A stretch of 63,563 nt of DNA, filler included, from Folioceros fuciformis (taxonomy: Eukaryota): NCBI GenBank assembly GCA_049999805.1. It is 23 parts of 23 records of this genome, joined end to end, with 100 filler letters (N's around TTAATTAATTAA, not from the genome) between each part and the next. Parts side by side here need not be neighbours in the genome. Positions count along the whole stretch, not along the records: positions 34,367 to 36,082 come from JBNGIO010000636.1; positions 36,183 to 38,020 come from JBNGIO010000637.1; positions 38,121 to 39,759 come from JBNGIO010000638.1; positions 39,860 to 43,409 come from JBNGIO010000639.1; positions 43,510 to 46,685 come from JBNGIO010000640.1; positions 46,786 to 48,426 come from JBNGIO010000641.1; 17 more parts are not named here. One strand, 5' to 3'. The notes under the pieces were generated by a model, which had not been told where the DNA came from, did no database searches, and saw nothing but the letters and a program-made list of their open reading frames with translations. This document shows positions 35,717 to 48,426 of the stretch, piece after piece; the stretch's first letter is position 1; the number at the start of each line of letters is the position of its first letter. The position numbers were made by a program, and so were the translations under genes.

Positions 35717-36082
35717 TGTGGAGGCAAAACCCCGGGCACTGATTGCCAACGGGTTCCACCTTTAGTGGCCACACTTATCCCACTGTCGTTGAGACATTGG
35801 GTTTCGTTCCCACGAAGGAGCGATGGGGTTCCTTGCTGCTGTGGATGGAGGGTCGGACTTGATCAACTCGATGATGGATTCGAGGGCTCCCCTCCAGCTC
35901 CGATCAGGCGTAGGACAGGCCTCGCTGTCCGGCGGTCAGCTGCACCTCTCTCGGTGCCCACAAACTCACTCCAGCCACTACAACGACCCTAACCTCTCAG
36001 ATCTGCGACTTCCCTCACTCACTTCACTCACTCTTTCACTCCAGCACCAACACCAGCAACTACCAGCAACGACACCACTACC
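35717..36082 (+). mobile_element. LTR-like terminus (TGTGGAGGC...) of a younger element nested in copia; inverted copy at 59853-59944
   Basis: 35717-35808 matches the reverse complement of 59853-59944 at 89/92 nt and starts with TG at the copia breakpoint. Confidence 0.8.
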
Positions 36083-36182
36083 NNNNNNNNNNNNNNNNNN
36101 NNNNNNNNNNNNNNNNNNNNNNNNNNTTAATTAATTAANNNNNNNNNNNNNNNNNNNNNNNNNNNNNNNNNNNNNNNNNNNN

Positions 36183-37561
36183 AGAGACAGGTTGCAGGTG
36201 GGGGACCTGGACAAGTTGCGAGAATTCCTGGGCAGACAAATCACGGCGAGAGGAATGGGCACCGGAGGGGTGCAGGAGGTGGACCTACCCGGGCTGACTG
36301 CTGCGATGGTGCAGGCCCAAGCAGACCTCCTAGATCAGGCTGCTAGGGCCCTAACCTGGTTAAGTGTACAAGGGGAGCGAGAGGCCGAGGCTCGGGGAAA
36401 GGAGGAGAAGGCTCGTGAGCGAGAGGCTAAAGCAAGGAGGCAACTAGCGGAGTCAGAAATGGCGCGGCAACTGCTGGAGGAGAAGCAACGGGTCCTGGAC
36501 AGGGAGAAGGCTCAAGCCGAGGAAGAGGGGCGCGAGGCGAGGGCTTGAAAGAGCAACAAGGCGTTGAAAGAGCAACAAGGGACCCTGCTAGCTCAGGTGA
36601 GGGAGGCTCACGAGACTAACCTGGAGATGCAACAGGAAATGGCCAGGGCACAAGAGATGGAGATAGCCGCTGTGGAGCAGGCTCAGAAGTTTGCTGACAG
36701 ATACAAGCGAGAGCGGGATAAGGCCAGAGAGAGAGTGAAGGGGAAGAGCAAGGCTGGACACCCGAGTCAGTCGACGACCCCGGTAGCAGAAGGGGCTACC
36801 GGTAGCCGAACCAGGGGAACGGTAGTCGGGTAGCCGACAGGGCTACCGGTGGCCCAGCGAGGCCGAGGATAGCTGAAGAACCAACCCTGGAGAAGACGGA
36901 GGCAGCAGTAGGGGCGCCTGCCCCTAGGCGCTCTAGGAGGGTGACCCGTACCAAGAGGATAGAGCCGGAGGAGGTACCAGCTGGGCAGGCAGAGAACCTT
37001 CAGGTACCCCAGCAGGAGGGGGAGCAGGCAACCCGAGGTAGCCCAAGGGAGGACGGGGTAAGCACCTCTGTTATGACAGAAGGTCGGATTGCGCTGCAGT
37101 ATAAGGAGGAGGCCTCCTATGTGCCAGGCCTGTATGTAGAAGGGGCCAGAGTTCTGAAGCTGTTTCTGTATGTACGTATGGGCACAGGAGGGACGCGGGG
37201 CTACGTCCTACAACTGAGGACGCGCCTGGGACTCTACCACTACAGATGGTGGGTGATAGGGCTGCCCCACTGCTATGCGGAGGCAGTTCTGGAGGAACTG
37301 ACGGAAGAGGAGGCCTAGCGCTGGGTAGAACGGGGGCCTGTGGCTGTCCTCAGCAACCAGAGAAGGAGGAGGGGTGGTGGACCACAGCGGCGGGACCCAC
37401 CTGCGCCGCCAGCCAGGCCCAGCAGTAGCAGCAGTGATGTGGAGATCCTCTGGGAGGATCTGCCGGACCAACGGAGAGGCAGAAGAGCGAGAGGAGGAGC
37501 AGCGAGGGGTGACGTGCGAAGGCCAGGAGGAAGCCGCCAGCGGGGTGGGACAGGGCGATAG
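36183..37561 (+). pseudogene. Degenerate Glu/Arg/Ala-rich coiled-coil ORF, probably a TE accessory ORF
   Basis: Consecutive ORF pieces 36192-36548, 36564-36833, 36941-37318, 37340-37561 separated by single stops or frameshifts; no introns apparent. Confidence 0.45.
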
Positions 37562-38120
37562 TAAATGCAGGCTAGATTAGGTTTTTTTAGTGTGCTTTAT
37601 TTGGACCCAAGTCGCTCAGAATTTAAGAGCGCACATCCCCTACCTGACAGACTTTATGGCGGAAAAACCGCCATCACCGTGTACAAGAGGTCGGTTTGAA
37701 GGCCTAAGAAAGGAGCAAGAACCAGCCGAACAGTCGACCCTGCAGGAACCTAGCGATGGCCGTTGCTGGACGGGAGGTCCAGGCAAGCGAGCGCACGTAG
37801 CAACCTGGGTTGCGGGTGTAGGTGGTGGCGCTCCGTGATCAGGTCCGGGGACGAATCGGGAGGAGGCGCCTCGCCGAGTGGGAGAGAAGCTCCCCAGCTA
37901 TCCTCGAAGTGGTCACGTGGTTGGTGTGGGTGACGGAGCCGAATCCGCGAGTTCGGAGTGGAAGGGATTCCTCTTCCCTTAGCTCCGGTACCTCACCATT
38001 CCTCAACGTTCATAGGAGCCNNNNNNNNNNNNNNNNNNNNNNNNNNNNNNNNNNNNNNNNNNNNTTAATTAATTAANNNNNNNNNNNNNNNNNNNNNNNN
38101 NNNNNNNNNNNNNNNNNNNN

Positions 38121-39759
38121 CTGTACAGCATTTTGTTTGAAGGTTTAGAGTGCGTTATCACTAGGCTGAATTCACCTTCAGATGTCATAGCTCGTGGTAC
38201 TCCCCTGTATGACTTGTATATCCTAGATTTTGTCTCAGATGTCCAACCATCATCAGCCCATGTAGTGGAGCCTGCATCTAGTAAATCATACGCTGCCTTC
38301 AGATGGCACTGCAGGCTTGGACATCCAAACATTAAAGCCATGAGACGTTTGTTGAAGGACAAGATGGTTACAGGTTTTACAGATTCTGACTTACCAGATT
38401 TGGAGTTGTGTGTTGCACGTGTTCATGGGAAACAGTTTAAATCTCACTTTGGATCTGGCAAACCACGGAGACAGACAGAAGTGTTAGACTTGGTTCATTC
38501 GGACATTTGTGGCCCTATGTCCACACCAAGTTGGGGAGGTGCCAAGTATTTTGTTGTCTTTGAAGATGATAAAACTCGCTTTACAGTCATTGAGTTGCTG
38601 AAGCATAAAAGTGATGTGTTTGACAGTTTTAAAAGATACCTGGCATATGCTGAACGTCAGACAGGGCGTAAGCTGAGGAGTTTAAGATCTGATAATGCGA
38701 AGGAATACTTATCCTCGGCTTTTCAAGATTTCTGTCAGGAACGTGGCATCACAAGGCAGCTAACTATTCCTTATCATTCTGATATGAATGGAAGAGCAGA
38801 ACGTAGACATCGAACAATACAGGATGCTACCAGGGCTCTACTTTTTCAGGGGAGGCTACCTATACGTTTCTGGGCAGAGGCTGTTCAAGTTGCTACTTAG
38901 TTGCAGAACAGGACAGCTGTTTCTTCCTTATCACATGTAACTCCTTTTGAAGCGTGGACAGGAGTAAAGCCTGATATTTCCCACCTTCGTGTCTTTGGTA
39001 GTATAGCCTATGCACATATACCAGACAAGCTTAGGAAGAAATTTTCTTTCAAGTCAAAAAGACATGTGTTTATCGGCTACACACCTGGAGTTCATGGTTA
39101 TAAACTGTTTGATCTAGTTTCTCGTAAAGTGTCTCATGCTCGCACTGTGGCGTTTGATGAGCGCTCTGTCCTTACACCTCCCGCTGATCTCCCTGTTGAT
39201 TTGTCAGATGCAGATACTTATCCCACTCCTAAACATCCTGTTTACACTGAGTCAGATGAGTCAGAGCCTACAGATATTGTAGACTTTCCTGTTTTTGATG
39301 CTTCTGATGTCACAGATCCTCCAGATTTAGGTGCTCTCCCACCAGACCCTCCTCCTGCTCTCCCACCAGATTCTCTCCTTGTTCCTCCACTGGATCCTCC
39401 TGGATCACCTGCTGCTGCTTCAGATTCAGCTGAAGAAGATGATCCCTTCGATGGTGTGCATGAATCCCCTCCAGCTGATGATTCTGAACTTGTTGTTGAT
39501 GACCCTGTAGAGTATGTGATGCCTCCTCAGCCTAGAAGGTCTGCAAGGGTGCATCGTGGACGAGACCAGTGGCTTGAACAACCCTATGAGGCTGAGGACT
39601 GGCGTACTAGGAGAGTGCCTCGGGCAGTGGGAGTGAACCCGAATGAGATAGTGGGAGAATTTGTCCATGTCACTGTCCAACCTGGCTATGAACCTCAATC
39701 CTACCAGGACGCAGTCACAGGTCCCGACTCTCGTCATTGGATTGCAGCTATTACCTCCG
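38121..39759 (+). mobile_element. Copia integrase and linker, one internal stop
   Basis: WHCRLGHPN, VHSDICGP, RSDNAKEY, NGRAERRHRT, FWAEAV, HLRVFGS, EPQSYQDAV. Confidence 0.93.
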
Positions 39760-39859
39760 NNNNNNNNNNNNNNNNNNNNNNNNNNNNNNNNNNNNNNNNN
39801 NNNTTAATTAATTAANNNNNNNNNNNNNNNNNNNNNNNNNNNNNNNNNNNNNNNNNNNN

Positions 39860-42800
39860 TCGTATTTATTCCTAATCATACTTAGATAAATATGCAGGGT
39901 AAACTCAGACGAAATGGTGTGACCCTATAGGGTAAGTCGGGTAGACAAGATAACTAATATTTAAGTCACAACGCTGATGTAGAAAGACGCTTTTATTATT
40001 CAATTGCAAATACATAGGAGAACTACTCTCAGAATTGCTATGCTCCCTAATTACATTGTTCTCATGGTATCAGAGCCATGCTGAAACCCCTAGAGGAATC
40101 CTGGAATCATGCCGAGGCAGGGCGCTTCCAGTAGGGGCAGATTTGAGTGCGCGCCTGCAAAGGGACTCGCCGCCGCAGGCTGCCCACTTGATCACTCGGC
40201 GCACCTCTTAGCAGAAAGTGCGCGCGTCCCTAGGAGAGGGAGAGCCTGGCGCCCACAGCGGCAGTACTCTCCACCCCAGTGCCAGCAATTTCCCCTACAA
40301 TGCGGCCACGCCTCTGGCACCCACTGTTCCTGCAAACAATCCATGCCGGCACGCTATTCGTTCAATGCTTGGGGGCCCTCGCCAGCACCTGGAACACCTG
40401 CCAAGCACCAGTGCAACGTAGACATCAACCCACACAAAGGGCTGAGGAAGATTCTTGACAGGTCTCAGAGTATCCTCAGTCGCGTGGAGGGATTACTGTC
40501 CAATTTGCTTTCGTATCAAACTTCCTCCAGAATCCACGCCCAACGTTCTGACCCCGAATTTAAGACCCCTAAATCTCCCACCACTGACAAAATTTGTGAG
40601 AGCATCTGCCAGGTTGTAGATTACCTCAAGAACCTTGATCAACAGAGGCGGAATTCAGGGGACTCTCGTACCAATTTGGGACTAGACGGCGTCGGGCCCT
40701 AGACACTTCCGCTGCTAGGGAGCACCGACTCTGGCTAATGGGCAAGTTCGGCACCCTAGACGCGAACCAGCGTGACGCGCCTCACGCGCCTCGCCGAGAT
40801 CAACCTCGACGCCTCTCCATCGGGCCACCTGATGAACCTCTTCACGTTGCTGGGACATGACCGTTAGTAACGGCCCACTTGGACTCAAATCCTAGGGCTT
40901 ACCCCTTCGACCAACCCCCTCGGAAATAATAGCAATAAATATTATTTCCCCCATCCGGGCCTAACAGGCCGGGCTAGCTCCCCCGTCATCTTAGGTGCAC
41001 CCATGCTGCAGGCGTTAGTGGCGAAGCCTTCAACTGGGCGCAAGACCTAGAAGCCATTAACGCAATGGCATCCGAACTTTGTGCCCAACTAGGCTCCGCC
41101 ATCTACGCCCCAACATCAGCCACTAAGGGAACGAGAGCTCAATAGCAGGAGTCACGTGCACACCTACCTCCCTGTACCACTGTAGCCATAGCTCTTTGGT
41201 CGGCGTAGGTGTCCATGGTCACCCCCGCACAACTCAACTCCCTTATTAGCGGTCTTCAACACCTTTCCTTACACACCCCAGCCCAACAACCAGCCATGGC
41301 AGCATCGTCAAGCACACCTACCTTTACCTCAGAACTCAAAGAGAAGGATAGGTTCAAGGGGTCTGGCTACACTGTGTGGAGAGTCAGGATGAAGGCCACC
41401 TTGCTGGCCAAGGGAGTCTGGACCGTTGTTGATGGGACCTACCCCAAACCTGACCCCCAACGCCAGTCCTACCCCCACAGCCGATGAAATTGCCAAGTGG
41501 GAACAGCATAATGCCATTGCTGTTGCCCTGATTATCGGGGGGCTGGACACAGACTTGGTCCGAGAGGGAGAGTACCTCACATCTGCACATGGCATGTGGG
41601 ACCAGTTAGAAAAAACACACAAGATCCAGAACATGATGATGCTATGTGCAGTCAGGCAGGAATTTTTCTCCCTAAAATGAAAGAAGGAGAAAAGGTGTCC
41701 TCACACGTCAGCAGGTTTTGGCACCTTCGTGCCCAGCTCACTGCGATGACAGGACAGAAGATGTCAGAGGTGGACGCTATCGCCCAACTGTTGGGCAGCC
41801 TTCTTGCCTCCTACCAGACCTTTATTACGAGCCAAACGGCCCAATACGCGCTGCCATAGCTGCCTCCGGTCAGATAGTGACCATCACCTTAGAAGAGGTG
41901 ATTGGTGTGCTATTCCAAGAGGAGCAGAGTTGAGCCTTCTCATGTGCTTTCAGGAACAAGGGAGAGAAGGCATTAGCTACAAACCTCCGCAAGGGAAGAA
42001 CCCGACTTAGAAGTACAGCAATGCAGGGACAAAGGGGGGAACCTACAAACCCCATCAAGAGAACCGGCATCTATAACTGGTGCGGCCTCCCCGGCCACTG
42101 GGCCAAAGAGTGCCGAAAAAGAAGCCCTCACGCCAGCAAAAGTCAGCCGCAAACGTGGCTGTAAGACAGAACAAGTCGGGAGACTCAAAGGCCCCCATGA
42201 AGATACTAACAGTCTGCCTGTCCAGCACGCTTAGTGACGACAGCTGCTGGTACCTCGACTCTGGGGCGACGGCCCATATCTGCAAGAAGGGGAACTTTTG
42301 AGAACCCTTGATTTAACACAAAAAGGTGGACAGGTATTTCTTGCAGACGAGTAGAGCAAGACAAGTCTGTGTATTTAGGGCAAGGGTACTTGTGTCTTCT
42401 GCCTCCATGATGGCACTGAACTAACCCTGACAGATGTCATTTATGTCCCAAGCATGGCCAAGAACCTCATGTCCATGAGCCAGCTCATGAGACAGCGGGT
42501 CTTCTACATGCACGCAGACTCTGAGCATTGCTGCTTCTACAGGCAGTCATCTCCCCACACATGTGCATTTGAGGGATTGCCTGAGAGCAACCTATATAGG
42601 CTTAACATTACCTGTTCCAGTTTAGACCCACACATAGAGGCCGCCCACTCAACTACAAGTCCTAATCTAAGTGAGGCACAACAAGCCCTGCTATGGCATG
42701 CCCACCTATGGCATGTTAATAAGTCGAAGTTGATTAACATGTCAGCCCTAGAGTGCCACCGAGAATCTCTCCCCAAATGCTTCAAGCAGTTACCTGTGTG

Positions 42801-43283
42801 CGAATCATGCATCCTTGCTAAGCAGAAGGAGTCACCATTTCCTGCTTCACCTGCACAGAGGGCCACCCGAGTCCTTGAGCTAGTCCATGCCGACATCTCA
42901 GGCAAAGTCCATGAGCCCTCCCTTGGAGGTGCTTGCTACTTCCTAACAATCACTGATGACTACAGCCGCTACACGTGGACCTACCCCATGCAGCTGAAAA
43001 GCGACGCCTACACCTGCTTCAAGGACTGGCTTAGCATAGCCTAGAGGCAATCAAGACAGCTCCTGAAGACCCTCAAAACTAACAACGGCACCGAATTCGT
43101 CAACTCATCCTTTAACGATCTCTTGCAGGCCTCAGGAATCCTGCACCAGCTCACAGTGCCCTACACACCACAACAGAACGGTGTGTCAGAACGCAAGAAC
43201 CAAACTCTGCTTTCAATGACAAGAAGCATGCTGTTATGGGCAAACTTACCACAGGGCTACTGGGCCGAGGCTGTAGAAAATGC
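39860..43283 (+). mobile_element. Copia element 5' part: LTR end, PBS (40065-40078), ORF0, gag, PR, integrase; degenerate
   Basis: CTCA|TGGTATCAGAGCCA; ELKEKDRFKGSGYTVW; WYLDSGAT; VHADISG; QNGVSERKN. Confidence 0.92.
40109..40702 (+). CDS. ORF0: extra 5' ORF, 197 aa (MPRQGASSRGR..., Cys cluster, C-terminal heptads)
   Basis: Uninterrupted ORF 30 nt after the PBS in an element whose gag-pol is broken; LRKILDRSQSILSRVEGLLSNL, ICESICQVVDYLKNLDQ. Confidence 0.6.
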   Translation: MPRQGASSRGRFECAPAKGLAAAGCPLDHSAHLLAESARVPRRGRAWRPQRQYSPPQCQQFPLQCGHASGTHCSCKQSMPARYSFNAWGPSPAPGTPAKHQCNVDINPHKGLRKILDRSQSILSRVEGLLSNLLSYQTSSRIHAQRSDPEFKTPKSPTTDKICESICQVVDYLKNLDQQRRNSGDSRTNLGLDGVGP

Positions 43284-44245
43284 TAGGTCACATATTTAAG
43301 TAGAAAGCATAATTAGGCAAATTAAATTAAAAACCCCGAAACGGTAGATCGTAATGGGTGCATCAAAATGACGCACCCCAAACCCTAACCGGCATCCATG
43401 CCATGGGACNNNNNNNNNNNNNNNNNNNNNNNNNNNNNNNNNNNNNNNNNNNNTTAATTAATTAANNNNNNNNNNNNNNNNNNNNNNNNNNNNNNNNNNN
43501 NNNNNNNNNTAGCAGCAAAACCAAAGCTTAGCAAAGGGGAAGGGAATGGGGGGAGAAGAAAGAAGCAAAGGAAGGAGAACCAATAGGGGGAGTAGAAGCA
43601 AGACCAAAGCTTGGCAGCAAGAAGGCGCTAAAGTACTAGTGGAGGTGGGCAAAAAGGTGCAAGAGTGCAGGCATAAGGACTATGGAGCGCAAAGTTGGTG
43701 AAGAGTTAGAATGTTGCAGTACGTGGGGAGTAACCGAGTAATAGTACATGTCTCTGGCCCTGCTTGGGGAGTAATAGTACCCCTTTTGGCCTCTGGCCCT
43801 ACTTGGGTTGTTCTTTGAATCTTTGGAGTAGATAGGACTTTTCATCTCTTTTTTAATAGTAGAAAATACACTTATAATTTGTCCTTCCCCCTACCTCTGC
43901 TAATTAGTCCGTATCAATGTCAGCACTTACTCTATCATATCCGCGATATGCCCAACTACCTCTTTGGCTATTACGCTCCTCTCTAGTCCCTTCTAGCTAT
44001 GTTGTCCTCCTTATGCTTGTTGTTGCCTTAGTTGTCAAATCTAGCATAACTCCTCTGGTCATGCACAATGTTATGATGGAAGTTAAACCTAACGCACAGT
44101 TTATTATGATTAGGATTACCTTGACCTAGGGTTGTCTAGTCAAAAGACAAATGGACAATATTTAAACGTTTTTGACATTGAGATTGTTATTCTTTAATTC
44201 TTATGAAAGTTGTATGTATGCTCTCGCCTACGCTCGTTTTACTCA

Positions 44246-46617
44246 TGGTATCAGAGCCATGTTTTTGCTTTATTAATAAGGCTTGAACAATATGTCGAGG
44301 CGGGGTGGCTCTAGAGGTCCTCGTTGTGGTGGACCTCCGAGACAATTTCGTCGTGGAGGACGTCCACCAAGACATTCAACACCTTTACCAAGTAATCCAG
44401 TGCTGGACCTCTATGAATATAGCTATCCTACTATTCGGCTAACAAATTGTCCCTATAGCGAGCGCTGTCAGGGGAGGGGGCAAAACCTTGATCCATTAGA
44501 GGCATATAGATCATCTGACATTTTGTTCAGATCACGCATTAATTGTGAGTGCAACTTTAGAGCCGAGGGACTGCCACCTGCTTGGCACTCTGCATCACAA
44601 CTAGAGCAAAGATATATCAGAAACGCCATCAAATTACAAGAAATTATTGTTAACGAGACACAAGTTCTTTTATTCAAGGTGGAGAAAGCACTCTCCCTTG
44701 CCAACTCCAATCAAAAAGTCCTCAAAGACAAACTTGACAGTTTGGATTCTGACACTGAGCAATCCATCACTGAATGCAAGCAGGACATCCAGAAAGACAT
44801 CAACGAAGTTGCTAATCTTCTGAGCATAATGGATGCTAAGCTGCGAATTTTGGAGGTTGGATGTTCTGATTCTGTATCAAATCCCACAGAGCCATGAATT
44901 CTTCCGCTGCAAACGAGCGGAGCGAGAGCAGCAGGAGCAATACTTGTCCAGATTTGAAGCAGTGCCTTCTTACTTGCATCTCTTCCATCAAACTTTCATG
45001 TAGCTTTGTGGTTGGTGTACCTAACTTGTCGTTTCACATGGACAAGACACGACGGTTAGGGTTTGTCCTTGAGCAAGTTTTCTTGAATATGAAACGTTTT
45101 TAAGTTTTAGGGTTTCTTTGTACCCGTTCACTGTAGACTTGAATGGCATGCTTAGGTGGTCAGCGTGTACACGGCCCAGCACCTTTGTTGCTGGTTCTAT
45201 CTTGCTGATCCCTATAGCACTCCCTTCCTGCATATAGTGGTTAGTTTCACAAAGTTCCTTGAAACTAAACTAGTCACCCATTCAGTGTAGGTATAAGTGT
45301 TCTTACCTGTTCATTAGAAACCATAGTTCCTGATGCCATAAGTACCTTATGACCACAACCTCACAATTAAATGCATTGATAAATAGTTTCAACAACCTTA
45401 GTCTGCAATCTACACTCAACACAAACATGGCAACCCATGTTTCTTACAGTTCTGATGTTAAAGACAAGGATAGGTTTAGAGGTACCGGTTATTCTATCTA
45501 GTGAGTGCGAATGAGAACAATCCTCATAGCGCGAGGTGTATGGTCCAATGTTGATGGTTCTTTTAAGAAGCCTAGCCCACAAACCAAACCTAACGAATAT
45601 GCCAAATGGGAGCACAATAATGGTGTAGCAATGGCCGTCATCGTCAATGGGCTGGATGCAGCCCTTATTCCAATGTGGAATTCCTCACATTGGCAGAGGA
45701 CATCTGGAACCAGCTGGAGAAAACCTACCACACAACCACGATGGCCACATTATCAGCAGTCCGTATGGAGTTCTATACACTACGCATGAAAGAGGGTGAC
45801 AAAATGGCTGTACATACTAGCAAATTTTGTCACCTTTGCGCTCAGATTCAGCCGACCACTAAAACACAAATGACAGAATCTGAAGCTATTTCCCAGCTAC
45901 TCACCGGTCTACCACCCTCTTATCAATCTTTTATCACTAGCTATCAGAATGGCCCTGCTACAGCTGCTGCATCAGGAGGAACTCAAATAGCTGCTATTAC
46001 AATGGAAGACATAATAGGAGCCCTTTACCAAGAAGAGCAGACCCGACTAACATCGGCTGGCCTGCACAAACAATATAAAGGAGAACGGGCATTAGCTGTG
46101 AATTTTTGCCCTAAAGGAAAGGGCAAATTTCAGAGGGGGCAATTCCCCAGGACAGCCCAACGATAGGACTAAGCCCTCAAGTTCAACACGACTAGGCACA
46201 TGCAATTGGTGTGGCATCCCTAGCCACTGGGCACGTGGGTGCCGCAAATGTAAAGCTAGTGAGCCCCAGAAACAGGCAAAGCTTGCTGCAAGTGTTGCAG
46301 TGAGGGACAAACTTGTTGAAAAGGCACTAGTCAAGATCCTCACCATGTTTGTCAAGTTCGACATATGATGAAGAGAGCTAGTACCTCGACTCCGGGGCTA
46401 CCACATACATCTGCAAAAGGAGGGAGTCGTTTACTTCCCTCAACCTTGCTCATGTCCATGACAAGGTCTTTTTAGGTGATGAGCAATCCAAGACTAGCCT
46501 GCATATAGAAGGAAAAGGTCAATGTGTGTTCAGGTTACACGATCACACAAACCTAATACTAGAAGATGTTCTCTTCGTGCCTAGCATGGCAAAGAACCTC
46601 ATCTCTATGAGCCAGAT
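44246..46617 (+). mobile_element. Copia element 5' part: PBS (44246-44259), ORF0, small ORF, gag (45427), PR; degenerate
   Basis: CTCA|TGGTATCAGAGCCA; SDVKDKDRFRGTGYS; CNWC knuckle; YLDSGAT; MAKNLISMSQ. Confidence 0.9.
44292..44897 (+). CDS. ORF0: extra 5' ORF, 201 aa (RGG-rich N-terminus, C-x5-C and CEC, long coiled coil)
   Basis: MSRRGGSRGPRCGGPPRQFRRGGRPPR...CPYSERC...NCEC...IKLQEIIVNETQVLLFKVEKAL...IQKDINEVANLLSIMDAKLRIL. Confidence 0.65.
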   Translation: MSRRGGSRGPRCGGPPRQFRRGGRPPRHSTPLPSNPVLDLYEYSYPTIRLTNCPYSERCQGRGQNLDPLEAYRSSDILFRSRINCECNFRAEGLPPAWHSASQLEQRYIRNAIKLQEIIVNETQVLLFKVEKALSLANSNQKVLKDKLDSLDSDTEQSITECKQDIQKDINEVANLLSIMDAKLRILEVGCSDSVSNPTEP

Positions 46618-46685
46618 TGTCAATAGGATCGACTCCAGTCTACGTGCAAGTGTAGGAGAGGAGAGGAGAGAAGAGAGGGTGGTAT
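46618..46685. mobile_element. LTR-like terminus (TGTCAATAGG...) inserted in copia protease; second copy at 59677-59752
   Basis: 67/68 nt identity between the copies; both start with TG and run into a gap. Confidence 0.8.
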
Positions 46686-47016
46686 NNNNNNNNNNNNNNN
46701 NNNNNNNNNNNNNNNNNNNNNNNNNNNNNTTAATTAATTAANNNNNNNNNNNNNNNNNNNNNNNNNNNNNNNNNNNNNNNNNNNNGGAGAGAGTAGCTTG
46801 ACCCCTAAGGCTAGCACCCTTGTGCAGGAGGAAATGCCTTGGTCAAGTGGACAGCACGAATTTGAAGGGTTGATTGTTGGAGAGCGTGACATCCAGGAGG
46901 TTGGTATTACATATGGTTGCAGGAAGGAGTCTTACAGCCAACAAGTGGGTCATGTTGAGAGGGAGTCCGTGTTACAGTCAAGTGCTGTGTAGTCAACTCT
47001 AGGTGATACTTCAGTC

Positions 47017-48426
47017 GTGGTATCATTGCTGGATAGCTTGCAGACACTTGTTGGTGGTCAGTCAGTCCCCTTGCCAGCCATTGTTCCATTGTCAGCCCCC
47101 GTAGTAGTTTCAGTAGGGGCTGTACTTCCTACGTCAAGTATCAGCCAAGTGGGTGGAGGAGTTGCTGCAAGGATGGCTGCTCCTATTCACAGTTGTCAGC
47201 AATACGTGAAGTTTGGAGACAAGAGAAGAGGGGAGGATGCTAAATCCTTCCTAAGGACGTTCGAGCATGTGTCTCGTGCCAACATGGAGGACACTACAGC
47301 TGATCGTTTGAGGATCTTTCCAGGTTTGCTGAGAGGACAAGCTCAGCAATGGTACAGCCGGACGTATGGAGTGACACCACCAGTGGATTGGGATAGCCTG
47401 AAGGACGATTTCTTGACCAGGTTCCGAGGTCTCAGCCATGGCCATCACACCTACGCAAGGTTGAGGACTTTGAAGCGAGGAAGGAAGGAGGATCTCTATG
47501 ACTACATTGAGAGGTTCTACAGCTATGTGGACAGGATCCCACGTGGCAGGCCAATTGTTCCGGGAGGTCTGAGTACTCCAGGGTACACGGATGCTCAAGC
47601 TTTGGATTGGTTTGCTGGAGGACTACCCGATAGGATGGCAACCTATTGCACAAGAGGTGTGACCACTTTGCAGGAGGCTTTGAAGGCTGCTGAAGATTTT
47701 GAGCTTTCAGAGTTGAGCAAAGAGAAGAGGAAGCAGAACCGGAAGTATGGGCATCATAGGAGGTCCAGACATCACAGCCCATCTTCCTCTTCAAGGTCGA
47801 GGTCACCGTCTCACTCAGATCCAGATTATGACAGCCTTGTGTCGGATCCTTACACCGATGAGGAGTCCGATAAGGCTTATGAGAAGAGGATGAGGAAGGA
47901 TCTGGAGAAAGCACGCAAGAGGCGTGAAGAGGATGAGGATCGCCGAGCTGAGAAGGACAAGAGAGGCAAAGGATCCTATACGATGGAGAGAGGCGAACCG
48001 TCCTCAAGTGGTGGAGGACTGACCAGTCAGGTTGAGGCATTGACGAGGAGGATGGCCGAGTTGGAGGTGAAGGCTGTACGCAACCAAGCACCAAGGAGGT
48101 CACCTTCACCGGGTCGGCAACTGGTGTACTGTTCTATTTGTCACCAATCAAGACACACCCACCAAGAGTGCACTAGGGCTCCCCGCCACTTCGTCAACCA
48201 AGTGGACACCTACCTACCAGGAGACTATTGGTATGTGGATGACTCCTATCAGGTACAGGCTGTGACTGCTCCTCGACCACCACAGTCCATTAGGCCATCT
48301 TTCCAACCACCAGGACCTCCTGGAATGAGGTATGGTCCTCGTCCAGTATCTCCAGGCCATTGGAGGCCAGATCCGTCCCAGCGTCCACAAGTGGTGGCAG
48401 CAGGTTGTTGTTTTAATTGTGGCTTG
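47017..48426 (+). mobile_element. Ty3/gypsy gag with two zinc knuckles, truncated by gap
   Basis: FLRTFE...LRGQAQQWY...WDSLKDDFLTRF...QALDWFAGGL; CSICHQSRHTHQEC; CFNCG. Confidence 0.85.

Noticed and set aside
47432-48109. 225-aa minus-strand ORF
   Set aside because: Antisense shadow of the gypsy gag ORF
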